Positions 9,597 through 18,786 of a stretch of DNA of 64,000 nucleotides are shown here, piece by piece. The translations under genes were made by a program, and so were the position numbers. The stretch's first letter is position 1. Each line of letters begins with the position of its first letter. The stretch lies in the IMG/VR virus record IMGVR_UViG_3300027749_000034, one strand, 5' to 3'. Below the pieces are notes generated by a model. It did no database searches and was not told the DNA's origin. It worked only from the letters and a program-made list of their open reading frames with translations. The stretch comes from a virus. Lineage: Duplodnaviria > Caudoviricetes.

Positions 9597-10114
9597 TGTC
9601 TATTGATCGCGTTGCACCGGACTTCTTTACTGGCATTGAAGTTGAACACAGCCCTGCACTTGGAATGAATACACTATTTGTAGTTGGTATCCATCCTGGT
9701 GAGGAAATTGTAAAACTTGCCAAAGAGAAAAAGATTGGTCACATTTACATTGGTGCTAATATGAGTCTGCACCATGTGGAAAATGACAATCACGATGTTT
9801 GGCGATCAATTGACGACATGATCAATAAGGTGCTTGAAGATCAGAGTATTCACTATGTCACAGTTGATATACAGCTAAGTCAAGTTGAGGGATTTTTAGA
9901 AAGTATGGCCAGTGACGAACATCGCGTCATTCCAATGATTTCGGCCAAACTACCATACACTAGATTGCTTAACTACAATACAACCGTTAAAATCGACGAT
10001 AAAGGTTTTAACAAAACGAATCCTGGGGTGTGGTGCGTTCCTTTAAGTGACTTAACTGATAGGAAGTATTTTACTCCGTGGATAGCCTACCAAGGCGATA
10101 GCCCTGTTAATTAA
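9593..10114 (+). CDS. Hypothetical protein coupled to dpdA
   Basis: ATGA overlap with the dpdA stop; 173 aa alpha/beta. Confidence 0.65.
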   Translation: MMSIDRVAPDFFTGIEVEHSPALGMNTLFVVGIHPGEEIVKLAKEKKIGHIYIGANMSLHHVENDNHDVWRSIDDMINKVLEDQSIHYVTVDIQLSQVEGFLESMASDEHRVIPMISAKLPYTRLLNYNTTVKIDDKGFNKTNPGVWCVPLSDLTDRKYFTPWIAYQGDSPVN

Positions 10115-10130
10115 ATTTAAGGAAAATGAA

Positions 10131-10352
10131 ATGAACGACGAAGTCAAGGTTGGTAATTTTACTAAACCAATTAAGCGACCAGTTCCAAAAACTGCTGGCG
10201 CACCTGTTAGAGAAGAAGCACCTGAGACAGCTGTAGGTGGAGATGCTGGGATTGCTGATCTTAACAAAAAAATGGACAAGCTTTTAGAATTTGCTCAGGC
10301 AATTGACTGGAAGTTGTGGGTCTACTTAAAAGCAAATAATTACATCGAGTAA
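10131..10352 (+). CDS. Hypothetical protein
   Basis: AAGGA RBS; 73 aa. Confidence 0.6.
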   Translation: MNDEVKVGNFTKPIKRPVPKTAGAPVREEAPETAVGGDAGIADLNKKMDKLLEFAQAIDWKLWVYLKANNYIE

Positions 10353-10361
10353 AGGAATAAC

Positions 10362-10733
10362 ATGTCACAAGACATGATTTGGGTTACCTTTCGTAAGGAA
10401 GGCATTCATAGGTATCCGGCTGCACTTACGGATGCTAAATTGGCAACAGGTGACGAGTATGATGTTTCTTTTTTAGGACATCCTCATCGACACATGTTCC
10501 ACTTTAAAGTGTATCTCGAAGTCTTCCATGACGATAGAGATGTGGAGTTTATTCAGTTCAAGCGTTGGTTGGAGAATTTATATAACCAAGGAACACTTGA
10601 GTTGAATCACAAGTCCTGCGAAATGATGGCAGATGACCTACATGGTCAAATCTCATCAAAGTACACAGATCGTAAAATTTGGATTGAAATTTCGGAGGAT
10701 GGCGAAAATGGATGCCTCAAACAATACTCTTGA
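10362..10733 (+). CDS. QueD-like T-fold protein lacking the catalytic Cys; matches the DpdL-type motif LxxxHRHxF
   Basis: EGIH...FLGHPHRHMF...SCE...EDGENG; LGHPHRHMF instead of QueD CxxxHGH. Confidence 0.7.
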   Translation: MSQDMIWVTFRKEGIHRYPAALTDAKLATGDEYDVSFLGHPHRHMFHFKVYLEVFHDDRDVEFIQFKRWLENLYNQGTLELNHKSCEMMADDLHGQISSKYTDRKIWIEISEDGENGCLKQYS

Positions 10734-11169
10734 CAATCGCGTTCGTTTTGAACGCAAAGATCGCGGAAACTATAATCCGCAGTACCAGGCTCGCCGAGCT
10801 GGACTTAACATCAACCACATCAAGTTTGACTTGCTAAAAATTAGCGAGTTATATGACGGTGTGTTGACAGCAGAGCTAGGGCACTTGCCACTAGCGTTCT
10901 ACAATCAGTATCTTACTGATCTGTGCCATGCTGGTATGATCTATGGTTATGCCATTGACTTGCCAGAAATGCGTAGGCATGAGCCAACAGGTGATCGCAG
11001 TTTCACCTACACTATCAATGTGCAAAGTGCAGTTGATCGTGCAAACAAGGCACTTAAAATCCATGTGGGATTTTATAAGAGTGCATGGGCAGGTGAAACT
11101 GTGCATACCGAAGATGGTATGTGCTGTATGCCTAATCGCTTGGATCGCGATGAGGTAGTAAATGCGTAA
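10708..11169 (+). CDS. Hypothetical protein in the deazaguanine cluster
   Basis: GGAGG RBS at 10694-10698 supports ATG 10708; overlaps both neighbours. Confidence 0.55.
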   Translation: MDASNNTLDNRVRFERKDRGNYNPQYQARRAGLNINHIKFDLLKISELYDGVLTAELGHLPLAFYNQYLTDLCHAGMIYGYAIDLPEMRRHEPTGDRSFTYTINVQSAVDRANKALKIHVGFYKSAWAGETVHTEDGMCCMPNRLDRDEVVNA

Positions 11170-12340
11170 GCTCTTTTATATGGGCTTGGAGCCCTATGAA
11201 GGAAGATACACCCTTCAACTCCAGCAATGGAATGAAGCGGTGTTCAAACGCCGGGGCATTGACTATGTGTTAGTACCCGGCAGTACCATTGACAATACCA
11301 AAGCAATCAGTGTTGGTCAAGTGTTAGACGCACATGGTCGCAGTTACTTTGGTATGAGCCAGATGATGAATCTGGTGCAGATGATGCGCCGTGGTGATGT
11401 CACCAGTGAAGATGTCATCTACTTTGAAGACATGTTTCAACCCGGCATTGAAAGCTTGCCTTACATTCTAGATCAAGTGCCTGCCAACTTGCGACCACGC
11501 ATATATGTTCGTTGTCTGGCCCAGGCCATTGACCCAGATGACTTTGTGCATGTATGGGGTATGAGCAAATGGATGAGTACATATGAACAAATGGTCAATT
11601 GTTTTGTCACAGGTGTACTTGCTACAAATGAAGAGATGGTTGCCCATATGCGTATTGCTAATTGGACTGCTCCTATCTATAACATTAGCGGTCTAGCATA
11701 TGGCAAAGAAGAAGTTCTTGGCCGAGTTAATAATAAAGTTAAGTCCTGGTCTGAAAGAGCTCATCGTGTTGTATTTGCCGCAAGGTTTGACCAAGAGAAG
11801 CAACCAGACTTCTTTATGGATCTCATTGAGAAGTGGCATGCCGAACAACCTGACAATCCAGTTGAGTTTGCTGTATTAAGTGGTGGACCATTGCGTAGTA
11901 ACAATCCCAAATACTTAGAGCGTGCCTATAAAATGGCGGCACAGGGAAAACTCAAGATTTATGAGGACCTTAATAAAAATGAGTACTATAATATTGTCAA
12001 CGATAGTCGTGTGCTGTTTAATTGTGCTTTACAAGACTGGGTTTCAAACACCGTCAGCGAGGCCGACACTCTTGGCTGTAATGTTTTGTATCCTGCTTAT
12101 CGTAGTTTTCCAGAAACATTCGCCAATGATCATACCAGACTATATGTTCCTTGGTCGTTAGATGATGCCATACAAAAACTTCGAGTTCAGTTATCTGGTG
12201 TTCATGTCAATCAAGGCAAGATTAGTGATTGGAACAATGGCACTATCGACCGTGTGCTAGATATCATGCAAGGCACAGGTGAACAATGGAATCGGGCCGG
12301 TAACAGATATCGTGACCATATTGCAGAGGCAAAGTACTAA
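11162..12340 (+). CDS. Glycosyltransferase, GT-B fold (GT4-like)
   Basis: C-terminal VVFAARFDQEKQPD...YYNIVNDSRVLFNCALQDWVSNTVSEADTLGC...PETF pattern. Confidence 0.75.
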   Translation: MRKLFYMGLEPYEGRYTLQLQQWNEAVFKRRGIDYVLVPGSTIDNTKAISVGQVLDAHGRSYFGMSQMMNLVQMMRRGDVTSEDVIYFEDMFQPGIESLPYILDQVPANLRPRIYVRCLAQAIDPDDFVHVWGMSKWMSTYEQMVNCFVTGVLATNEEMVAHMRIANWTAPIYNISGLAYGKEEVLGRVNNKVKSWSERAHRVVFAARFDQEKQPDFFMDLIEKWHAEQPDNPVEFAVLSGGPLRSNNPKYLERAYKMAAQGKLKIYEDLNKNEYYNIVNDSRVLFNCALQDWVSNTVSEADTLGCNVLYPAYRSFPETFANDHTRLYVPWSLDDAIQKLRVQLSGVHVNQGKISDWNNGTIDRVLDIMQGTGEQWNRAGNRYRDHIAEAKY

Positions 12341-13329
12341 TGGAAAAATGGGTAGCTATAACAGGGTGTAATGGTTACATTGGTGGGCAGACTGTTTTAA
12401 AATTCAAAGATGCTGGTTACAATGTCATTGGTGTAGACCGCAACAATACTGCTCCTTGGATTACAGAAAGAGTCGATCGTTATATCAACGGTGACTTTAA
12501 CAATCCAATGTTTACCAGTTTGATTATACAAAACAATCCTGTTGCATTGATACACATTGCCGGAACCAGTCTAGTGGGACCAAGCATACAAGATCCAGCA
12601 CCCTATTATTTAAATAATGTTGGTAATACTGCCAACATGTTGGGAATGTTGGCTCGCAATGGCTGGAACAAGACTGTGGTCTTCTCAGGTAGTGCCGCCA
12701 TCTATGGAAACCCCGGAGCCCATTCTATCACAGAAGAAACTCCTCGACTTCCAATCAGTCCATATGGACACAGTAAACTTATGGCAGAGCAGGTATTAAG
12801 AGATTGTGCATTTGGATATGGATTCAAAACTATATCGTTGCGATACTTCAATGCTTGTGGTGCAGACAACATGGTCAGGCATGGTCAATTGAAAAAGGCA
12901 ACGCACCTAATTGCTAAAATTATGGAAAGTATTGTCAACCAAGATGTGTTTACTTTAAACGGCACAAACTATTCTACTCCCGACGGTACTTGCATTAGAG
13001 ACTATTTGCATGTTGAAGATATTGCCAATGCTCATTACCTGTCAACCATGTATGCAGAAACCATGGAAGTACCCAGTGTTGAGTTTAATCTAGGAACTGG
13101 TAAAGGTGTTAGCATTAGAGAAATTATTTCCAGTGTTGAACGCATTACTGGAAAAACTGTTTTGGTACATACTGGCGGTGCAAGAGCCGGCGATCCTGAA
13201 GTACTGGTTGCAAGTTCTAACAAAATTAAAATGCAAATGGGATGGGTACCAGAGAACAGCAAGATTGATAATATTGTGCGTAGTGCATGGGATTGGTACA
13301 ACTCAGTAGAATTTAAGAGTCGAGCATGA
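12340..13329 (+). CDS. galE: UDP-glucose 4-epimerase
   Basis: GCNGYIG Rossmann motif, PYGHSK (YxxxK), LRYFNACGA, DGTCIRDYLHVED. Confidence 0.9.
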   Translation: MEKWVAITGCNGYIGGQTVLKFKDAGYNVIGVDRNNTAPWITERVDRYINGDFNNPMFTSLIIQNNPVALIHIAGTSLVGPSIQDPAPYYLNNVGNTANMLGMLARNGWNKTVVFSGSAAIYGNPGAHSITEETPRLPISPYGHSKLMAEQVLRDCAFGYGFKTISLRYFNACGADNMVRHGQLKKATHLIAKIMESIVNQDVFTLNGTNYSTPDGTCIRDYLHVEDIANAHYLSTMYAETMEVPSVEFNLGTGKGVSIREIISSVERITGKTVLVHTGGARAGDPEVLVASSNKIKMQMGWVPENSKIDNIVRSAWDWYNSVEFKSRA

Positions 13330-13754
13330 AAGTAGGTTTCACTTGTTCAACCTTTGATTTGCTACATGCTGGCCATGTTTCCATGTTACAAGAAGCAAAG
13401 ACCAAATGCGACTACTTAATTTGTGGATTGCAAAATGATCCAACGCTGGATCGTGTCACAAAGAATAAACCTGTACAGACCATTGTAGAACGACAGATGC
13501 AACTCAAAGGCAGTCGTTATGTTGACGAAGTGTGGGTCTACAACACAGAAAAAGATCTAGAAGATCTACTATTAACATTACCTATTAATGTGCGTATACT
13601 AGGAGTTGAATATGAAAACAAAGAATTCACTGGTAGAGAAATTTGTCACAAGCGTAATATTGATCTATATTTTAATGGTCGTGATCACAGTTTTAGTTCA
13701 AGCAGTTTAAGAAAACGAGTGTACGAGGCACAGATACAAAAGGAACAACAATGA
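13326..13754 (+). CDS. HIGH-family cytidylyltransferase (glycerol-3-phosphate cytidylyltransferase TagD-like)
   Basis: TFDLLHAGH, LICGLQND, KPVQ...ER, RDHSFSSS. Confidence 0.85.
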   Translation: MKVGFTCSTFDLLHAGHVSMLQEAKTKCDYLICGLQNDPTLDRVTKNKPVQTIVERQMQLKGSRYVDEVWVYNTEKDLEDLLLTLPINVRILGVEYENKEFTGREICHKRNIDLYFNGRDHSFSSSSLRKRVYEAQIQKEQQ

Positions 13755-14188
13755 AAATCAATGAATTAGAGAATGGCATCACAGATGCTTGGTTTAAACA
13801 AGGTGGCTTTGAAACATTCAAAAAACCAATTCCGGTGCCGTATACCATTGCCAATAGTGACGGAGTCACACAAACATTGGAAGGTCCAGTAGAGCACAAG
13901 GCAGGACATTACATCATGGGTCCGGGTCCTAAGAAAGAATTTTGGCCGTTGGAACCTGAAAATTTTCATGATAAGTACGATGACAATGGTGACGGTACAG
14001 GAACTCCCAAGGGCGGTGTAACTAAATTGGCCAAGTTAGCAGATCACAATGGTGTCATCAAAGCCACATGGGGTGACTTGAACTATACCACAGGCAATGA
14101 CTATATTGTACGGCATGGTCCAAACGACTACGGTGTGGTAAAGAAAGATATCTTTGCTCAAACTTACGATACATCACAGGAAAAATAA
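13751..14188 (+). CDS. PGDYG-like protein with two internal repeats
   Basis: Repeat 1 TLEG...AGHYIM...WPL...F..KYD; repeat 2 ATWG...GNDYIV...GVV...F..TYD. Confidence 0.55.
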   Translation: MKINELENGITDAWFKQGGFETFKKPIPVPYTIANSDGVTQTLEGPVEHKAGHYIMGPGPKKEFWPLEPENFHDKYDDNGDGTGTPKGGVTKLAKLADHNGVIKATWGDLNYTTGNDYIVRHGPNDYGVVKKDIFAQTYDTSQEK

Positions 14189-14433
14189 TGGAAATTACAA
14201 TTTACAGCAAACAACCTTGTCCCTACTGCGACATGGCAAAGAATTGGTTTAAGAGTAAAAATCTTACATACACTGAACACAAGGTTGGTACCAATGGATT
14301 CACTCGCGAAATGCTAATGGAAGCAGTACCTACCGCTAGAACTGTTCCTCAGATTATCATTGATGGTAAGTTAATCGGTGGCTGGGATGACTTGCGTAAC
14401 AGTGAGTTCTATGCCAACGCAAACCAAGGATAA
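14188..14433 (+). CDS. Glutaredoxin
   Basis: CPYC active site, RTVPQI, IGGWDD. Confidence 0.92.
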   Translation: MEITIYSKQPCPYCDMAKNWFKSKNLTYTEHKVGTNGFTREMLMEAVPTARTVPQIIIDGKLIGGWDDLRNSEFYANANQG

Positions 14434-14692
14434 AGTTTATTCGGCCAAGACTGCCAGCCATGTGTTTATACTAAAAAACATTAGGCGGTGGTTAATTGCT
14501 AATTGCAAGAACAGATGGTCTGCTACAGATTACAAAGGTGATCCATTTAATTGGCGCAAGTTGGCAAAGATTGAGTCAGCCAAGTATTCAAATGAAATGT
14601 TTGACATTACAATCATGGTACATTTTAAGAAGCCCGAAGATCTAATGCTTTATCTTTTAACTTGGCCAAGCGAGGTCTTGCTCATTGACTAA
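14411..14692 (+). CDS. Hypothetical protein, same paralog family as the 1.3-3.7 kb ORFs
   Basis: RRWLIANCK...HFKKPEDLMLYLLTWP; start reassigned to ATG 14411. Confidence 0.55.
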   Translation: MPTQTKDKVYSAKTASHVFILKNIRRWLIANCKNRWSATDYKGDPFNWRKLAKIESAKYSNEMFDITIMVHFKKPEDLMLYLLTWPSEVLLID

Positions 14693-14706
14693 CTATCTGT
14701 TATAAT
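14678..14706 (+). promoter_or_regulatory. Sigma70-type promoter (extended -10) for folE
   Basis: TTGCTC(14678-14683)-17 nt-TATAAT(14701-14706) preceded by TGT. Confidence 0.6.
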
Positions 14707-14732
14707 ACAACACAACCTAAAGAAAATTAAAC

Positions 14733-15470
14733 ATGAACGAACCTGTAACATTTAATAACATAGACGACAAGGGCTATGAAGAAGCCAATCTAGCAGATGT
14801 GATTCGATTCAAGATGAAGCGAGATAACAAACGCTTCTGGGCAGGCGATAACATTAGCGAATATGTAACTGACGAACATAAAGAAATCTTAATCAAAGAG
14901 GCCGCAGAAGCATTTGAAACAGTGCTAGACAGTTTGTTAATTGACAGAGAAACAGATCCCAACAGCAAAGGTACTGCTAAACGATTAGCTAAAATGTATT
15001 TTAATGAAGTAATGGCAGGTAGATATGAACCATCCCCAGATGCAACAGCTTTTCCAAATGATAGTGACGACCGCTACGAAGGTATGTTGGTCGTGCGTAG
15101 CGAACTTCGTAGTATGTGTAGTCATCATCACCAACCCGTTTCTGGTGTTGCCTATATTGGCATTATTGCCGCTAATAAACTTATTGGCCTATCAAAGTAT
15201 ACACGGATCGCCCAGTGGTGTGCCCGACGTGGTACTCTCCAGGAGGAACTTTGTAATGATATTGCTCGGGAAATTAGCAAAGCAACAGGCGCAACAGACT
15301 TAGGCGTATACATTCAAGCCACTCACGGATGCTGTGAAAATCGCGGCATCATGGCACACTCCAGTCTTACACAGACTACTGTGCTCAAAGGTGCCTTTAA
15401 GGACGACCAAAGTACAAAGAAAGAATTCTTTGATAACATTAAAATGCAACAAGAATTTGCTCCACGGTGA
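14733..15470 (+). CDS. folE: GTP cyclohydrolase I
   Basis: SMCSHHHQP, GLSKYTR, LQEEL, HGCCENRG. Confidence 0.95.
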   Translation: MNEPVTFNNIDDKGYEEANLADVIRFKMKRDNKRFWAGDNISEYVTDEHKEILIKEAAEAFETVLDSLLIDRETDPNSKGTAKRLAKMYFNEVMAGRYEPSPDATAFPNDSDDRYEGMLVVRSELRSMCSHHHQPVSGVAYIGIIAANKLIGLSKYTRIAQWCARRGTLQEELCNDIAREISKATGATDLGVYIQATHGCCENRGIMAHSSLTQTTVLKGAFKDDQSTKKEFFDNIKMQQEFAPR

Positions 15471-15473
15471 ACT

Positions 15474-15995
15474 ATGGACAATGACTCAAAAAACAAATTG
15501 AAAGACGTACTGTCTACTATAGATCCTGTTGAGTTCAAATGGGACGAGACCAATACAACTGTTGGCGGCAAAAATGCACAGGATGTTTCTACCATCACTC
15601 TTTCCGGAGACCTGTATGATATTGGTATGAATACCATGGGCAGTATCGACCTAACCAACATTGGACTCAGTAACGGCATTACAACAATTGGTGGATCAGG
15701 AGCAGGCTTTACTATAGCAGGAAACTTGTCAGCAGGAAATATCAGTTACAATACCAGTGCTTCAATTCTTTCTGCAGACACCACTGAGTATGGTAAGACT
15801 ACAATCAAAACTGCCAAGAACACAATTGACTTAGATGAGCTGGCTGATATGATGGAAACATTGAAGAAGCGGTTGCTGATCATAGCACCTAACTTTGAAA
15901 TGCATGAAAAATATCCCATGCTCAAGGAAATGTACAACGAGTACAAAGCAATGGAAAAACTATTAGGCGGCCCAGAATCGTCGGAAGAAAAATAA
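15474..15995 (+). CDS. Hypothetical protein (Thr/Gly-rich low-complexity middle, helical C-terminus)
   Basis: 173 aa, in operon. Confidence 0.6.
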   Translation: MDNDSKNKLKDVLSTIDPVEFKWDETNTTVGGKNAQDVSTITLSGDLYDIGMNTMGSIDLTNIGLSNGITTIGGSGAGFTIAGNLSAGNISYNTSASILSADTTEYGKTTIKTAKNTIDLDELADMMETLKKRLLIIAPNFEMHEKYPMLKEMYNEYKAMEKLLGGPESSEEK

Positions 15996-16513
15996 TGTTA
16001 AAAAAATGTTCATTGTCCTGGGGCGACATAGAGTATCTGGCCCATACCATTGTCCGTGATATCAATGTGAGTGGTTGGCGGCCTGATATTATCATTGGCA
16101 TTGATCGTGGCGGATTAATTCTCAGTAACATGCTCAGTCATTACTTAGAGATTCCACATACCAGTGTCAAAGTGTCGTTGAGAGATTTTGAAGACACCGA
16201 ATCGTTGTTATGGGCACCAGAAGAAGTGTTGGCTGGCAAGAAAATATTACTGGTAGATGACATAAATGATTCGGGTGCAACTCAAGCATGGCTTAAAGAA
16301 GATTGGGCCAGTTCTGTGGCCGGTGTAGAGCCAGATTTCGTCGACAAGCATTGGCATAAATCAGTTCGTTTGGCCGTTTTGGTTGACAATGAGGCTAGCG
16401 ACCAGTATACTGACTATTGTGGTATGATTGTTAACAAAGTTGAAAAAGATGTATGGATCGACTTCCCGTGGGAGTCTTGGTGGACAAGGAGCACATATGA
16501 AAGTGGGATTTAG
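15995..16513 (+). CDS. Purine phosphoribosyltransferase-like (type I PRTase)
   Basis: GIDRGG loop, PRPP-binding LLVDDINDSGAT, WIDFPWE. Confidence 0.85.
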   Translation: MLKKCSLSWGDIEYLAHTIVRDINVSGWRPDIIIGIDRGGLILSNMLSHYLEIPHTSVKVSLRDFEDTESLLWAPEEVLAGKKILLVDDINDSGATQAWLKEDWASSVAGVEPDFVDKHWHKSVRLAVLVDNEASDQYTDYCGMIVNKVEKDVWIDFPWESWWTRSTYESGI

Positions 16514-16910
16514 TCTAGGCCGTTGTATCCGTGACATTGTTACAGATGTTGTTGATATCAACGATGTTGTGGTTATTGTGTCTGGTACACGATTTGAAAC
16601 ACAGGAACAACTGGTTCCTATCATCAATGAATACATGTATCGCTCTGGATATTTAGAAGGATTAGACGAAACAGCCTGCCAAGGTGTGGCCAGTGTGCTG
16701 TTCCGAGAAGGAAAGATACATCAACCTCGTAACTTTGGTACATATAGAAGTATGATGCCAGAAAATGCTGTATGGGCAGACTTGTTTCCTACCGGTGGAC
16801 ATGAAGATCCAATGGTGCAAGAAGCTTGGCAGACATATAGAGGTATGTTGGGGTTAACTGGTAACCGGCCCAACAACAAAGAACGCATCGAATCTAATTG
16901 GAAGATATAA
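16497..16910 (+). CDS. Hypothetical protein
   Basis: AAGGAG precedes ATG 16497 ([15 protein letters not shown]). Confidence 0.6.
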   Translation: MKVGFSLGRCIRDIVTDVVDINDVVVIVSGTRFETQEQLVPIINEYMYRSGYLEGLDETACQGVASVLFREGKIHQPRNFGTYRSMMPENAVWADLFPTGGHEDPMVQEAWQTYRGMLGLTGNRPNNKERIESNWKI

Positions 16911-16911
16911 A

Positions 16912-17235
16912 ATGACTTATGTAGTAACTGAAAGTTGCGTCAAATGCAAGTATACTGATTGTGTCGATGTATGCCCTGTTGATTGTTTTAAAGAAGGACC
17001 AAACTTTCTTGTCATTGATCCTGACGAATGTATTGACTGTGGTGTTTGTATTCCTGAATGTCCAGTAGATGCTATCGTTGCAGATCGAGATATGACAGAA
17101 GAACAAAAACCTTGGCTACCAATCAACATTGAACTTAGCAAAATTTGGCCAGTGATTAATAAAAGCAAGGCCCCACTTGATACTGCTGAAGAATTTAAAG
17201 ATGTCAAGGATAAAAAGGATTTGTTAGAGAGATGA
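16912..17235 (+). CDS. fdxA: 7Fe ferredoxin (Azotobacter FdI / FdxA type)
   Basis: [42 protein letters not shown]. Confidence 0.92.
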   Translation: MTYVVTESCVKCKYTDCVDVCPVDCFKEGPNFLVIDPDECIDCGVCIPECPVDAIVADRDMTEEQKPWLPINIELSKIWPVINKSKAPLDTAEEFKDVKDKKDLLER

Positions 17236-17999
17236 ATTTAGAAACATTTGCTTCTCTGATCAGACTGTATGATTGTCCGCGACTCAATGAAAAATACAAA
17301 GGTATTATTTCATTGCCGTTGGCATTGCCAAAATTTGAATTAGACAATGCTGATGAATTTTGGAAGATTTGGGATTCGCAGAACGAAACAGTACATCGAC
17401 AACATATTGACCGTGGCGCGGTTGGAAAAGATCCTGCTAAAGTATCAAAGTTATATACTCAATGGGATGGGTTGGCACTATACGAAGACAAGTCATTGCT
17501 TGATCAAGCGGCATGGCGGACAACAGTATCTAAAGAATTAGCAGATTCTCAACCAACTTATCTTAAATCAATTTTAGGAATATTACCGTTTACAAAAGTT
17601 AGATCCATCCGATTATGGAGCAACCATAAAGTTATTCCAGCACACTATGATGGCAATCTCCCATCAAGTATAGATGGTAAAATGCGATTTCCAACTGAGA
17701 TCCGTTTGATGTTGCATGATGAAAATCCAATTGAAACATTCTACTTGACACTAGCAAATAAATATCCTCCGCACACAGACATTCCACTGCATGATCGATA
17801 CTATGTAAAATTACCAAATGATACTAATACATTTGCATGGAACAATGAAGACTACTTACATGGAGCAGACTTTAATCCAAAGTATAAAAAAATACTTGTT
17901 GTGATCAAAGGATGGGTTCACTTGGGACGATTAGAAAAGTTGCTAGATGCAAGCATAGAAAAATATCCAGATTTTATATTAAGAGAGAAAAATGACTAA
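17232..17999 (+). CDS. Possible Fe(II)/2-oxoglutarate oxygenase (DSBH fold)
   Basis: PAHYDG (HxD) and distal LHGAD, with R/K near the C-terminus; otherwise unrecognised. Confidence 0.45.
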   Translation: MNLETFASLIRLYDCPRLNEKYKGIISLPLALPKFELDNADEFWKIWDSQNETVHRQHIDRGAVGKDPAKVSKLYTQWDGLALYEDKSLLDQAAWRTTVSKELADSQPTYLKSILGILPFTKVRSIRLWSNHKVIPAHYDGNLPSSIDGKMRFPTEIRLMLHDENPIETFYLTLANKYPPHTDIPLHDRYYVKLPNDTNTFAWNNEDYLHGADFNPKYKKILVVIKGWVHLGRLEKLLDASIEKYPDFILREKND

Positions 18000-18786
18000 A
18001 GTTATCATACAGGGCCAAGGTACAGTTGGCCAATCAACTGAAATGTTTTTGAGAACATTTGTTCCTGAGATTGAGATTGAATTCAATGATCCAGGCAAGG
18101 ATGTTGTTGCTGACCCGAGTAGTTGGGCAGTGGCCGACTATGTCATTGTTTGTGTCAATACAGATTTGAATGATTCGGAAATATTGCCCGAGAATGATAC
18201 ATCATGCGTTGATGCGGCAATCAACGAAGCATTACAAAATGAATTCAGAGGGAAAATCATTGTAAGAAGTACCATTGGTGTAGAGTCTGCTGTAAAATTA
18301 GAAAAACAGTTAGGGCAAAATTTAATTATTTGGCCAGAATACATTCGTGAAGCCACTTGGAAAGAAGATAGTGTTAATCCAACAATGGTTGTCATTGGTG
18401 GTGAGGCCACAGAAGAATTTGCAAATGTGATCAGCCTGTATAAGGGAACACTATTAATAACTGATGCGGTTGAAGCAATGATTGCCAAGTTAAGCACAAA
18501 CACATTCTTGGCAATGAAAGTTATCTTTGCCAATCAAGTAAGACAACTGTGCGAGAAAAATGCGGCTTCATATGAGATAGTACAACAGCTACTACAATCA
18601 GAGGGTCGACTTGGATCAAGTCATTGGCAAAGTCCTGGTCCAGATGGGCAAGCCGGATATGGCGGCAAATGCTTTCCTAAAGATGTCAGGACTTTTGAAG
18701 CGGCCCTGGTCAAGTCTGGAATACATGTTGACTTGATCCGTGCTATCAGTGACCTCAATAGAGAAATGCGACCTAATGGCAACTAA
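17992..18786 (+). CDS. UDP-glucose/GDP-mannose dehydrogenase family (short phage form)
   Basis: GQGTVG Rossmann motif, CVNT, RSTI, PEYIRE, AKLSTNTFLAMKV, GYGGKCFPKD. Confidence 0.85.
   Translation: MTKVIIQGQGTVGQSTEMFLRTFVPEIEIEFNDPGKDVVADPSSWAVADYVIVCVNTDLNDSEILPENDTSCVDAAINEALQNEFRGKIIVRSTIGVESAVKLEKQLGQNLIIWPEYIREATWKEDSVNPTMVVIGGEATEEFANVISLYKGTLLITDAVEAMIAKLSTNTFLAMKVIFANQVRQLCEKNAASYEIVQQLLQSEGRLGSSHWQSPGPDGQAGYGGKCFPKDVRTFEAALVKSGIHVDLIRAISDLNREMRPNGN

Noticed and set aside
10362-10733. Calling the T-fold protein canonical queD
   Set aside because: Lacks CxxxHGH; has LxxxHRHxF, so no symbol assigned
14685-14706. TTGACT as the -35 of the folE promoter
   Set aside because: Only 10 nt from TATAAT; TTGCTC at 17 nt fits instead
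16912-17235. Assigning a host from the ferredoxin
   Set aside because: The FdI type suggests a proteobacterial donor, but one gene cannot fix the host
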